In this document: in pieces, positions 9,293 to 19,305 of the stretch
Position numbering within the stretch: position 1 is the stretch's first letter
How the letters are laid out: each line of letters begins with the position of its first letter
From: Moorena sp. SIOASIH
GTDB taxonomy: Bacteria; Cyanobacteriota; Cyanobacteriia; Cyanobacteriales; Coleofasciculaceae
DNA: 64,000 nucleotides
NCBI RefSeq assembly: GCF_010671925.1
Contig: NZ_JAAHIH010000001.1
Coordinates: 869,053-933,052 of the forward strand
Reading direction: 5' to 3'
Made by a program: the position numbers and the translations under genes
Notes under the pieces: generated by a model
What the model was told of the DNA's origin: nothing
The model's database searches: none
What the model saw: the letters and a program-made list of their open reading frames with translations, nothing else

Positions 9293-10582
9293 ATGTGTAA
9301 TTACGTCTTTGTTTTAGATGCAAGCCATAAACCCCTCAACCCCTGCCGTCCCGTTACCGCCAGGAAGCTGTTGACGGCTGGGAAGGCGGCTGTATATCGC
9401 CGTTACCCTTTCACAATCATCTTGAAAAAGCAGGTAGACGGCTCAGCTAAACCGATGTCCCTCAAGATCGATCCTGGCTCCAAGATTACTGGTCTAGCTG
9501 TTGTGTACAGTAATCAGGTGGTGTGGTCTGCTGAAATCGAACATCGTGGCTCCAAAATCAAATCAGCTCTCGACTATCGTCGAGGGGTTCGCCGTTCCCG
9601 TAGAAAGAGGAAATGCCGTTACCGAAAGCCACGTTTCAACAACCGGAAACGCCCAGAAGGTTGGTTGGCTCCGAGCCTACAACACAGAGTGGCAACCACT
9701 ATGACCTGGGTGCTGAGATTGATGAAACTCACCGCCATTGGTTCGATATCCCAGGAGCTAGTCCGCTTTGATACCCAAAAGCTCCAAAATCCGGAAATAT
9801 CTGGCATAGAGTATCAACAGGGGGAGCTGATGGGCTATGAAGTGCGGGAGTACTTGTATCAGAAATGGGGTCGCCAATGTGTCTACTGTGGGGCGAAGTC
9901 TGTCAAGCTAGAGGTGGAACACATAATCCCAAAATCCAAGGGGGGAACGAATCGTGTCAATAACCTCACCCTAGCCTGCCATCGGTGTAATCAGGCCAAA
10001 GGAAATCTTGATGCTCGGGATTTTTTATCGGGGAAACCCCATGTCCTAAAGCGGATTTTAGGTAGAGCAAAGCAACCACTATTAGATGCGGCGGCGGTCA
10101 ACTCCACCCGTTGGCAACTTTACCTTTGCTTGAAAGAAACTGGATTGTCCGTAGCAGTAGGAACTGGTGCCAGAACCAAGTACAACCGTATCAAGCTGGG
10201 ATTACCCAAGGGTCATTGGGTGGATGCCGCCTGTGTCGGGGAAGTGGCCACATTGAAGATTGTAACCAGACAGCCTCTTTTAATCAAAGCGATGGGTCAC
10301 GGTTGTCGTCAGGTAATACAGATGGACAAATACGGCTTTCCTCGCAAAGGGTACAAACCCAAGCATCCTGTGAAGGGATGGAAAACCGGGGATATCGTTA
10401 ATGTGGTAGCTGGGAAGAATGCTGGATTAAAAGGGGTTCGCATCAAGACCGTCAGAGCCAAAGGAAATTTTGATCTAATCGGGGCTGATCACGGTGTCTC
10501 CAAGAAGGTCAACAGCGCATCTCGCAACTACATTCAATGTGTCCATCGTCAGGATGGGTATTATTATAGTTTTGCTAAATGA
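9293..10582 (+). CDS. iscB: IscB, OMEGA RNA-guided nuclease (Cas9 ancestor; RuvC split by HNH)
   Basis: PLMP-like N-terminus (KPLNPC), RuvC-I IDPGSKITGLAV, Arg-rich bridge helix RRGVRRSRRKRKCRYRKPR, HNH CVYCG...EVEHIIPKSKGG...NLTLACHRCNQAKGN, RuvC-III GHWVDAACVG, and a C-terminal TI-like domain. 429 aa. Confidence 0.85.
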   Translation: MCNYVFVLDASHKPLNPCRPVTARKLLTAGKAAVYRRYPFTIILKKQVDGSAKPMSLKIDPGSKITGLAVVYSNQVVWSAEIEHRGSKIKSALDYRRGVRRSRRKRKCRYRKPRFNNRKRPEGWLAPSLQHRVATTMTWVLRLMKLTAIGSISQELVRFDTQKLQNPEISGIEYQQGELMGYEVREYLYQKWGRQCVYCGAKSVKLEVEHIIPKSKGGTNRVNNLTLACHRCNQAKGNLDARDFLSGKPHVLKRILGRAKQPLLDAAAVNSTRWQLYLCLKETGLSVAVGTGARTKYNRIKLGLPKGHWVDAACVGEVATLKIVTRQPLLIKAMGHGCRQVIQMDKYGFPRKGYKPKHPVKGWKTGDIVNVVAGKNAGLKGVRIKTVRAKGNFDLIGADHGVSKKVNSASRNYIQCVHRQDGYYYSFAK

Positions 10583-10741
10583 TAAGTAACTTTGATGAGC
10601 TTTTTTGTAGGAGGAGCAAGATCGATGTTACCTCTGAGTCATTGTCCTTAACCTGCCTACCACTAAATTGCCCCTTAATTACTTTAATAAGTATGTCAGT
10701 ATGACGTAGAAGTATGAGCTATGAATGATCAAGGATGAAGT

Positions 10742-11800
10742 ATGAAGATCGATGTCACAGATGAGTCATTGTCCCTATCTCCCCTACCGCTAAAACGCCC
10801 TTTATTAATGGTTGGTCACGGCACTAGAGACCCCGATGGGCGTCAGACTTTCCTTGATTTTGCCCAGACCTATCAAACCTTGAACCATTCTCGACCAGTA
10901 GTACCTTGTTTTTTAGAACTGACTGGTCCAACTATTCAACAGGGAGTAGAGAGTTGTGTCCAGCAGGGTTATACAGAACTCACTGTATTACCGATTTTAC
11001 TGTTTGCAGCTCGCCACAATAAATTTGATGTTACTAACGAGTTAGACCGGGCCAGGGCAAAATATCCCCAAGTCAAGTTTCACTACGGGCGTCATTTTGG
11101 AATTACTACGGGAATTCTGGATTTATGGCGGCAACGGCTTGCCAAACTTGACCAACCCCAAGCAGAGTTACCCGTTAGCCAATTGAAGGGTCAAGCTTCC
11201 AATCTAGAACCTTCCACAAAACAACCTTTACCCTTAAGAAAAGACACAGTACTTCTATTTGTTGGTCGTGGGTCGAGTGACCCTGATGCTAATGGTGATG
11301 TCTACAAAATGGCTCGCATGCTCTGGGAAGGCAGTGGCTATAAAACTGTGGAAACCTGCTTTATTGGCATTACCCATCCTCGGTTAGAAGAAGGGTTCCG
11401 TCGCGCCCGACTCTACCAACCTAAGCATATTATAGTACTTCCTTACTTCCTATTTACCGGGGCTTTAGTAAAAAAGATTTTTGAGATCACAGCTCAGCAG
11501 CAGAAACTTTATCCAGAGGTTCCCTTGACCTGTTTACCAGAAATGGGGATTCAACCTCAGCTGCTATCTGTGCTCAGGGACCGAGAAATCGAGGCTCAGT
11601 TAGGGCAAGTGCAGATGAATTGTGAGATGTGTAAGTTCCGGCTAGCAGCGATTGATAATGGTGCTGACAACGGACACTCCCACCACCATCACCACGGGCA
11701 TGACCATCACCACCACCACTCTCACCAGCATAATCACAATACCCCAGATCCCTATCAAGATTTGGAAAAATACCACCAGCGTATTTGGCAAGCACCCTAG
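10742..11800 (+). CDS. cbiX: sirohydrochlorin cobaltochelatase, long form CbiXL with His-rich tail and MxCxxC Fe-S motif
   Basis: Duplicated CbiX chelatase halves ([10 protein letters not shown] / [10 protein letters not shown]), MNCEMCKF, and a C-terminal [17 protein letters not shown] tail. Confidence 0.8.
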   Translation: MKIDVTDESLSLSPLPLKRPLLMVGHGTRDPDGRQTFLDFAQTYQTLNHSRPVVPCFLELTGPTIQQGVESCVQQGYTELTVLPILLFAARHNKFDVTNELDRARAKYPQVKFHYGRHFGITTGILDLWRQRLAKLDQPQAELPVSQLKGQASNLEPSTKQPLPLRKDTVLLFVGRGSSDPDANGDVYKMARMLWEGSGYKTVETCFIGITHPRLEEGFRRARLYQPKHIIVLPYFLFTGALVKKIFEITAQQQKLYPEVPLTCLPEMGIQPQLLSVLRDREIEAQLGQVQMNCEMCKFRLAAIDNGADNGHSHHHHHGHDHHHHHSHQHNHNTPDPYQDLEKYHQRIWQAP

Positions 11801-11805
11801 GGTTG

Positions 11806-12250
11806 GCCCCTTGAAGGTTAACAGGTTGAAGGTTAACAGGTTGGCCGGTTGAAGGTTGGCCGGTTGAAGGTTGGCCGGTTGAAGGTTGGAGGTTAACAGG
11901 TTGAAGGTTAACAGGTTGAAGGTTAATCCAGACAACTTCCAACCTATACTACAAGGGACGCCTGGGCAAGAACAACATTCAACCAAATAACATTCAACCA
12001 AACAACCTTCAACCTCCAACCCCATAACCTTCAACCTTCAACCCCATAACCTTCAACCTTCAACCCCATAACCTTCAACCTTCAACCCCATAACCTTCAA
12101 CCCCATAACCTTCAACCTTCAACCCCATAACCTTCAACCCCATAACCTTCAACCTTCAACCCCATAACCTTCAACCTTCAACCCCATAACCTTCAACCTT
12201 CAACCCCATAACCTTCAACCCCATAACCTTCAACCCCATAACCTTTTTTG
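11806..12250. repeat. STRR-like heptamer arrays arranged as inverted arms (GGTTGAAGGTTAACA... vs CCATAACCTTCAACC...)
   Basis: Tandem units read directly from the sequence. The downstream array is the reverse complement of the upstream array. Confidence 0.9.
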
Positions 12251-12258
12251 ACTGACCA

Positions 12259-12495
12259 ATGTCTAAAGACTTTAACGTTGGCGATCGCGTAAGAGTAATT
12301 ACATTACCACGCTACGTCAAAACTGCTGAACCAATGCCCATGCTGCGACCTCCTGATGTGATTAAAGTTGGGGAAGAGGGAGTAATCCTCGACCGACGTC
12401 CAGGAGGATACTGGGGTGTTCGCTTTTCTAGAGGAGCATTTCTGATCGATAGTCAGTACATTGAGTTAGTTCAGGAGGAAAATCCAAAGCCCTAA
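12259..12495 (+). CDS. small conserved cyanobacterial protein of unknown function
   Basis: 78-aa ORF with good coding character, in an intergenic position after the repeat array. Confidence 0.45.
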   Translation: MSKDFNVGDRVRVITLPRYVKTAEPMPMLRPPDVIKVGEEGVILDRRPGGYWGVRFSRGAFLIDSQYIELVQEENPKP

Positions 12496-12833
12496 CCCCT
12501 AATCCCGTAAGCATTCAGCTATCAGCGGTCAGCCGTCAGCTAATCAACAGTCGGTAGTAAAAAAGTTGGGGGGTGCTGGTACGGCTGGTTGAAAATCCAT
12601 GCTCGTTTTTCTGTACCCACCCCGTGCAGTTAAAGCGCCTGCTAACACCTCAAGTAGCCTGCGCGCAGGGCATTAGCACCTCAAGTAGCACCTCAAGTAG
12701 CGCATTAACTGACGGCTGAATGGTTACCATTACCCTAAGTGCTAATCGCTTTTTCCTGCTGATGTGCTTCTACCCATGTACCTTATTTACAAGATGAGCT
12801 TAATATTATCCATAGCGATTACAATTTTGCAGT

Positions 12834-13931
12834 GTGGACGTGACTTGGGAGATAGATGTGTACAGCTTCCTAGAGTCCCTCGGAATTGCCAACCCTAGGG
12901 GAAGTGGCTGGCTGGCAGTCATATTAACTTTCGGATTGGCATGGGCAGTGACTAGATGCTTGATGCCAACTTTACGCTCATTTGCCTTGGAGGTTGGTTG
13001 GGCTGACCAACCCAATGCTCGGCGGCTGAACCAAGAACCCTTACCTAATGCAGGAGGCTTAGCTATCTATACCGGAGTGGTAGCTGCACTGGTACTAGCT
13101 ACCCTCCTGAGACCGATTGTCATCGAAGGGGTGTTAGCTCAAGTTCTGACTATTCTCCTGGGGGGCTCGGTTCTGGTACTGGTAGGCTTTATTGATGATC
13201 AATTTGGTTTGCCTGCCTATGTACGCTTGTCGGTTCAAATTATTGCTGCCCTGTTGTTAGTGGCTAGTGGTGCAGGGATTAAAGCCACCTTTGGGACTCC
13301 GATTGATGTCCAACTCTCCATGTTACTTACGGTTCTATGGGTTGTGGGTATTACTAATGCCATTAACCTTATGGATGGGATGGATGGTTTAGCAGCAGGT
13401 GTCAGCTTTATTACTGCTATGAGCCTGTTAGCGGTTTCCGCTCAGTTTCCCAGTCGTGCGGCAGCAACGTTGCTTCTGGCAGCCCTAGGGGGATCAGCTC
13501 TTGGCTTTTTGCGCCATAACTTCCATCCTTCCCACATTATTATGGGAGATGCAGGTGCGTACTTTTTCGGCTATGTACTAGCTGCCAGCAGCATTTTAGG
13601 GTCTTTGAAAGTGACTACGGTATTTGCCCTAGTCCCCCCAGTAGTATTTTTGCTATTGCCAGTCCTAGATACTACTCAGGTATTTGTGCGACGGTTGATG
13701 AATGGTAAAAACCCTCTAACTACCCCAGGTAAAGACCACCTACATCACCGCTTGCTAGCCTTTGGTTTCTCCCAGCGCTATGTTGCCCTTATCCTTTGGG
13801 GCATTGCCTTAGTGTCTAACTGGTTAGCGATGAAACTGCAAGGTATGACTCCTACGGTGATCTATGCCACCACAGGGGGTATCATTTTGCTGTTAGGCAT
13901 TACTGTTTTGCAAAGAATTAGAGCAAAATAA
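12834..13931 (+). CDS. glycosyltransferase family 4 (MraY/WecA-like UDP-GlcNAc:undecaprenyl-phosphate sugar-1-phosphate transferase)
   Basis: Multiple TM helices, DDxxG-like motif region (GFIDDQFG), NAINLMDGMDGLA and HxxHH-type motifs characteristic of the MraY/WecA family. Confidence 0.8.
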   Translation: MDVTWEIDVYSFLESLGIANPRGSGWLAVILTFGLAWAVTRCLMPTLRSFALEVGWADQPNARRLNQEPLPNAGGLAIYTGVVAALVLATLLRPIVIEGVLAQVLTILLGGSVLVLVGFIDDQFGLPAYVRLSVQIIAALLLVASGAGIKATFGTPIDVQLSMLLTVLWVVGITNAINLMDGMDGLAAGVSFITAMSLLAVSAQFPSRAAATLLLAALGGSALGFLRHNFHPSHIIMGDAGAYFFGYVLAASSILGSLKVTTVFALVPPVVFLLLPVLDTTQVFVRRLMNGKNPLTTPGKDHLHHRLLAFGFSQRYVALILWGIALVSNWLAMKLQGMTPTVIYATTGGIILLLGITVLQRIRAK

Positions 13932-14504
13932 AGCGTTCCCCAATTGTGGAATGATTAAAGGTAATCGGTAATTGGTAATGGGTCATGGGTAATTTGTAAC
14001 TGACCCAACTCTACTTGATATCCCAAACGATAGTCAGCAATGCCCTGGTCAGTGCTGGTAAGGGCAGCATGTGCGTAGGGCCTAAGCTGAGGACTCTTGC
14101 TCTGGCCTTGAAATATTAAGATATATTAAATTGACATATTAATTGACATATTCTAAGAGACCCCTGCTAAAATTAGTTGGTGGGTCAAACCCCACATACC
14201 AGAATTGGTATTCAATGCTATAATGTCGAACCTATCTTCTGATCTCGATTTAATCACCTGCTTTGAGGCGATTTGCTAGCAACAAAGCCGCCCTCTTCAG
14301 TAAGCAGCAAGACTACCGCAATTGAACAATCCCTATCGTAAAGCTTGAGTCAGGCTCCATTTGTTGGAGATTCAAGCTCCATCTCTTGATGCAAAGCGTG
14401 AGTAGGGGTTTATCCCAAGACCGCTTAGGTGCGCTTTCCGTGATGGCGAGCAATCCCTCGCCATCACGGGTCGCACCTCTGCATCCCTTTACCCAATTTC
14501 TTGC

Positions 14505-15422
14505 TTGCAGCGGTTAAAGATGACCAATTATCACTTAATCAATATCTTACTACCAGCTGTAGTTATCTCCAGCACTATATTTTCCAGTTTGACCTTACCG
14601 TTTGTTTTCAACAAATCAAAACCCATCGAAGTTGGAATCAAACCGTTTTTCAGCCTCGAACTTAAACCCATCTTCCATGAAGACCATAAGGATTTGGCAA
14701 TTCCTTATCTTGGCTCTGCCATCCTAGTGAGTGTGTTAAGTGGCCTTCTCACTGTTGAAGTGGGAAGGCAATGGCAAAAATACCAAGCATCAGTCACAGA
14801 AAAAAAGAGACAACTCCTCCAGGACATCAAATCCCTCAACCAAGGCGAATCGGAACCAGAGGATCAACCAGATGTTCCAGAATACCAACCGGATGTTTCA
14901 GCAATAGCTCTTACCCAGACCGATGATTGGGTCAGGTATCGAGGACTAACTCCTCCTAACACTCAATCGTTTGCTGTTCAACAACCCCATGGTGTTGTTG
15001 ATAGCAATAATGTTATTGAGTTTAAACGGAATAGAGTAGCTAAAACTAGAGAGATGGCTGTAAATGCCAACCAACTCAAGTTTTACCCTGAATCCCAAAA
15101 CAATAATTCAGTTCAACTCGGAGCTTCCCCTGTTCCTGCTCTTGCTCTCCTTCAGGATTTGGAATTATCCTCCAGTCATATTATTAAATCCCGTCAGGAT
15201 TACCAAATCTGCTGGATTAACGTACCTCATTTAAGCAGACGCTTATTAGCCATTAAGGTTGATGGTCAATACTACAGTTTTTTACGATTAGAAAAAACTC
15301 AAGAAAAACTTATCAGTATCTTGTCTAAGGTAGCTGATCACCTGGATAAAATAGTAATTACTCATATCGATAAAGGTTATGTAATTTGGAATTGGGAACC
15401 GGAGGTATTATCTAATAATTAA
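14505..15422 (+). CDS. hypothetical membrane-anchored protein
   Basis: N-terminal TM segments. No recognisable catalytic motifs. Confidence 0.4.
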   Translation: MQRLKMTNYHLINILLPAVVISSTIFSSLTLPFVFNKSKPIEVGIKPFFSLELKPIFHEDHKDLAIPYLGSAILVSVLSGLLTVEVGRQWQKYQASVTEKKRQLLQDIKSLNQGESEPEDQPDVPEYQPDVSAIALTQTDDWVRYRGLTPPNTQSFAVQQPHGVVDSNNVIEFKRNRVAKTREMAVNANQLKFYPESQNNNSVQLGASPVPALALLQDLELSSSHIIKSRQDYQICWINVPHLSRRLLAIKVDGQYYSFLRLEKTQEKLISILSKVADHLDKIVITHIDKGYVIWNWEPEVLSNN

Positions 15423-15460
15423 TCCCTGATTATTTTAAAATTAAAACTGTTGGGCAACAT

Positions 15461-17305
15461 ATGAATACTGAGGAAATTCAGTCACAATATTCCCTTGGGG
15501 AAAGAGATTTTAGTGGAGCTGACTTAAGTCAAGTCAACCTCAGCCAGGTAAACCTGGAACGGGTAATTTTATGGCGAGCCGACCTCAGTCAGGCAATTCT
15601 TACTGGGACTAATCTCAGTAGCGCTGATCTCTGGGGAGCTAATTTGAGAGAAGCCAACTTAAGTCAAGCTGTTTTATGTGGTGCTAATCTGGGTGAGGCA
15701 GACTTGAGCGATGCTATTCTACACTTAACTAACCTCCATACTACACTATACAATTTTTCCACTAAGTTTCCCCCAAATTTCGACCCTACCAAGGCAGGAG
15801 CTTATTTAATTGCCCCCGAAGCTTTACTAACGGAAGCTAACTTGAGTGGGGTAGATCTCAGTCAGACCAATTTAAAGGGTGCGAATTTGACCAGAGCTGA
15901 CCTCTGGAAAACTAACCTCAAAGGCGCTGATCTCAAACAAGCTAATCTAACCCGTGCTTGCTTAATTGGGGCTGACTTGCAGGATGTTGACCTAACAGGA
16001 GCTAATTTGAACCGGTCCAATCTGATGGGGGCAAACCTGAAGGGTGCTAAGCTTCTAAATGCAACCCTGAGCGCTATACTCTACGACGAAACCACTCAGT
16101 TTCCTGAAGATTTTGATCCAGTTAAAACAGGAGGACATTTAATTGCTCCTGGTGTATCTCTACCAAGGGCTAACCTGAGTCAGTCAAACCTCAGTGGCGT
16201 GGATTTAAGTGAAGCAGACTTATCCCAAGTTGACCTAAGTCAGGGTCACTTTTTCGGTATATCTTTGCTCAGAGCTAATTTAAGGAAAGCCAATTTAAGA
16301 GGAGTTCAATTCTGGGAAGCGGATCTACGAGAAGCCGATCTACAGGAAGCGGATTTGCGGGGAGCGGACTTATGGTTGAGCCTAGTTAGTGGCGCGGATT
16401 TCAGGGGAGCAGATTTAAGGAGAGTTCACTTGTTTGGAGTAGATCTATCCGCCACTAATCTCGAAGGGGTTAACCTCAAAGGAGCAATTTATAACCAAGA
16501 GACTAAATTTCCTGAAGATTTTGACCCCACAGCCCATGGCGCATATCTAATTGCTCCGGATGTGTCTCTGTGTGGGCTAAATCTTCAGGGGGCTGACCTC
16601 AGAGGAGCTGACTTGAGTAGGGCAGATTTGAGGAAAGTTAGCCTGTTCGGGGCAGATCTTTTCTCGGTTAACCTTGAAGGAGTGAATTTGCTCGGAGCGC
16701 TCTACGACGAAGCCACTCGATTTCCAGAAGGGTTTGACCCCAGCCAACACGGAGCGTACTTAATTGCCCCCGGTGTATCATTTTCAGATCAAGAGTTCAG
16801 TGGGACTGATCTGGGGGGAGCTAACTTTAGTAAGGTGAATTTGCTTGGTGCAGATCTGCGCAGTGCTAATCTTGAGGATGCTAAATTTGAGCGATCGCTT
16901 TATAACCAAACTACTCAATTTCCGGAAGGGTTTGATCCTAGGAAGTTGGGAGCATATTGCATTGTCCCTCTTGCTTCCCTGTCAGGGCGAGATTTGAGTG
17001 GAGCCAACTTAGGAGGAGTAGACCTGAGTCAAGCTGACCTACGTGGGGCTAATCTGAGTCAAGTTGACCTTTGGGGGGCAAACCTCAGTCAGGCAAACTT
17101 GGCAGGGGCTAATTTGACAGGTGCTTATCTGTTAGGGGTAAATTTAATTGGTGCTGACTTAACCAAGGCAACCCTAAGTGGTGCTAATCTCCATGGGGCA
17201 GAACTTAAGGATACTAAACTGACTGGGGTAGACCTGAGTAATGTTGATTTGAGCAATACCTTTATGAGAGGGGCAATTATGCCTGATGGCACGCTTCACA
17301 ACTAA
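15461..17305 (+). CDS. pentapeptide-repeat protein with interspersed TQFPEDFDP...GAYLIAP modules
   Basis: Dozens of A(D/N)LxxANLxx pentapeptide units. Four to five repeats of a ~35-aa spacer module. Confidence 0.85.
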   Translation: MNTEEIQSQYSLGERDFSGADLSQVNLSQVNLERVILWRADLSQAILTGTNLSSADLWGANLREANLSQAVLCGANLGEADLSDAILHLTNLHTTLYNFSTKFPPNFDPTKAGAYLIAPEALLTEANLSGVDLSQTNLKGANLTRADLWKTNLKGADLKQANLTRACLIGADLQDVDLTGANLNRSNLMGANLKGAKLLNATLSAILYDETTQFPEDFDPVKTGGHLIAPGVSLPRANLSQSNLSGVDLSEADLSQVDLSQGHFFGISLLRANLRKANLRGVQFWEADLREADLQEADLRGADLWLSLVSGADFRGADLRRVHLFGVDLSATNLEGVNLKGAIYNQETKFPEDFDPTAHGAYLIAPDVSLCGLNLQGADLRGADLSRADLRKVSLFGADLFSVNLEGVNLLGALYDEATRFPEGFDPSQHGAYLIAPGVSFSDQEFSGTDLGGANFSKVNLLGADLRSANLEDAKFERSLYNQTTQFPEGFDPRKLGAYCIVPLASLSGRDLSGANLGGVDLSQADLRGANLSQVDLWGANLSQANLAGANLTGAYLLGVNLIGADLTKATLSGANLHGAELKDTKLTGVDLSNVDLSNTFMRGAIMPDGTLHN

Positions 17306-17512
17306 GCTGTTAGAAGGCAAAAGGCAAAAGGCAAAAGGCAAAAGGCAGAAGGCAAAAGGCAGAAGGCAAAAGGCAAAAGGCAAAAGGCAGAAGGCAGAAG
17401 GCAAAAGGCAAAAGGCAAAAGGCAAAAGGCAAAAGGCAAAAGGCAAAAGGCAGAAGGCAGAAGGCAAAAGGCAGAAGGCAAAAGGCAAAAGGCAAAATGC
17501 CAAAGTAGTTTA
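17290..17512. repeat. (AAGGCARA)n octamer tandem array, ~27 units
   Basis: Direct reading. Both frames give artefactual KAKGKRQ / AFCLLP ORFs. Confidence 0.95.
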
Positions 17513-18223
17513 GATGGGAAAACTCTGAACGAAGGTTGTCTGAAAGTCAGCGTTATAGGTGGCTTGGTGGAGATTTATCAGTACAACTATGTTCTGTCTA
17601 TTGGGGGATAAGCGAATTTCTCTGATCGAATATTTCCTGATAGCTTCACGGTAATTGTTTAGTTTACCTAGGGTGAGTTGGCGATAATTGTAATTAATCA
17701 CTAGCTGCATTGATGCCCGGTCTATATTAGACATTCCTCCAGATAAAACCGAGGGAATATAAATTTGTTCTAAACGAATCTCTAGTGGGTCTTTTTCTTT
17801 ATCCACCAATACCTTAACTGTTTCAGTGCCATTGGGTTGAATGGAACGCTCGATAATTGGCAGTTTTAGTCCTACTTTTAGTTGATTGAGTCCTAAGCTC
17901 CGTCTTATTCTTTGGGTTTTCCTGAGTAAGCTATCTTCAGCCTCTTTAGGAGTGAGATTGGAATCCGAGTAGTTATAGTTAGTTTCTAGACAACCCTTCT
18001 TGACACAAGCGTTAGTGGCTACATCGACAATTTGGATTTTGGCGGTAGGAACCTTTGTGACATGGTTTCTAGCACTTTCCAGATAAATATAGCTGCGGCT
18101 ATCTAGGGAAAAACCTGACAATCGACGATTGGTTTTGACAATAAGTGCTAATCCCTCCTCCCCAAGGAATAGTAGAAAGAAGCTAGCAACCAACAAACTT
18201 GAATATAAATAAAAGCGTTTCAT
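17510..18223 (-). CDS. hypothetical secreted protein (signal peptide)
   Basis: N-terminal hydrophobic leader [16 protein letters not shown]. No identifiable domain. Confidence 0.45.
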   Translation of the reverse strand: MKRFYLYSSLLVASFFLLFLGEEGLALIVKTNRRLSGFSLDSRSYIYLESARNHVTKVPTAKIQIVDVATNACVKKGCLETNYNYSDSNLTPKEAEDSLLRKTQRIRRSLGLNQLKVGLKLPIIERSIQPNGTETVKVLVDKEKDPLEIRLEQIYIPSVLSGGMSNIDRASMQLVINYNYRQLTLGKLNNYREAIRKYSIREIRLSPNRQNIVVLINLHQATYNADFQTTFVQSFPI

Positions 18224-18324
18224 CCGACTTCCCTGATTTTTTAACCAGTGATGATGTTTGTCTGGAGTATAGCGTTTCCTAGTCTAATCAGGTAGATGGT
18301 CTAGTCAGGTAAGCTGTTACTAAA

Positions 18325-18741
18325 TCAAATTACTTTAAAATCAGAGATAGTCTCAATCCACACCCTTGCTCCACATTTGAGGGGATCATCGGGGCGATAC
18401 ATGACTCTACATGGTCCATTGACTTCCACGGTATGACCGTAAATATTCTGAGCACCCCGTTTTACGGTAATCACAGGGTTGCGCTCCCCGGTCTTGAGAT
18501 TGTTGCGAATTACCCTCTGGTTAACGTGAATCACAGCTTTAGTGTACTCTCTGCGCTTTGACCAATTCCGCTTGGGACCGCGAGTGCCAGGAGTGACTAC
18601 TGGCATGCCATCAAACAGAGGAATCACCCAAGTTCTACCCACTTTATAGGCTCCTTTAACTCTGCCTTTGCTCAGAAGGTAACGGACGCGAGTGGCGGAA
18701 ACACCTAGTAAATCAGCGGCTTGTGCGGTAGAAATCATCAT
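18325..18741 (-). CDS. helix-turn-helix (MerR/excisionase-like HTH_17) protein with uncharacterised C-terminal domain
   Basis: AADLLGVSATRVRYLLSKGRVKGAYKVGRTWVIP is a classic HTH_17. The basic C-terminal ~80 aa has no recognisable family. Confidence 0.55.
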   Translation of the reverse strand: MMISTAQAADLLGVSATRVRYLLSKGRVKGAYKVGRTWVIPLFDGMPVVTPGTRGPKRNWSKRREYTKAVIHVNQRVIRNNLKTGERNPVITVKRGAQNIYGHTVEVNGPCRVMYRPDDPLKCGARVWIETISDFKVI

Positions 18742-18937
18742 GGGGAGTTAACCATTGCGTTAACGATACTGTTATATTAACATAATTTTGGATAAGATGC
18801 AAGGAATGAGATTTTAGGTATTAATTACTAGGTGTAGTCAATTTGGTGAGCAGGGAACAGGGAACAGGGAACAGGGAACAGGGAACAGGGAATAGGGAAA
18901 AAATTCTGTATAGTGCGATCGCATGATTTGAACTCAC

Positions 18938-19127
18938 CTCAGTTCCAGGTTTCCAAAAAACTATTGCATTAGCGCACCGATAAGTCCAGTGGGTGCCGAT
19001 ATCTTTGGCTAATAGTATTAATAACTAGGACAGTAGGAGTGCTGGCATTCCAGGCATTACCCTAGTTCCAAGTTTCCAAAAAACTATTGCATTGGCGCAC
19101 CCATAAGTCAAATGGGTGGCGCTATAG
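18938..19127. repeat. two ~66-bp direct repeats (TTCCARGTTTCCAAAAAACTATTGCATTRGCGCACC..ATAAGTC..TGGGTG), each with an internal hairpin
   Basis: Copies at 18938-19008 and 19062-19127, upstream of the HTH gene at 18325..18741. Confidence 0.85.
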
Positions 19128-19305
19128 AAAATTTTCTCCAACCACTTTACAAATGGTTAAACTTACTATAATATCATAAATAGGTTGATACAGCAAGTCC
19201 ACCGAGACGAGCCGTAACCAACCGGGAGCGAGATGGCAGACCCATAGCTTTGCCCGGCAAGGTCTGCCACTGGCTCTTGGAATCAAGAAGGCCACTTCTA
19301 TAATA

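Noticed and set aside
11574-12034. Overlapping ORFs on both strands after cbiX
   Set aside because: Generated by the GGTTGAAGG arrays and the His-rich tail codons. No independent support.
17174-17513. ORFs encoding KAKGKRQ / AFCLLP repeats on both strands
   Set aside because: Pure translation artefacts of the (AAGGCARA)n array.
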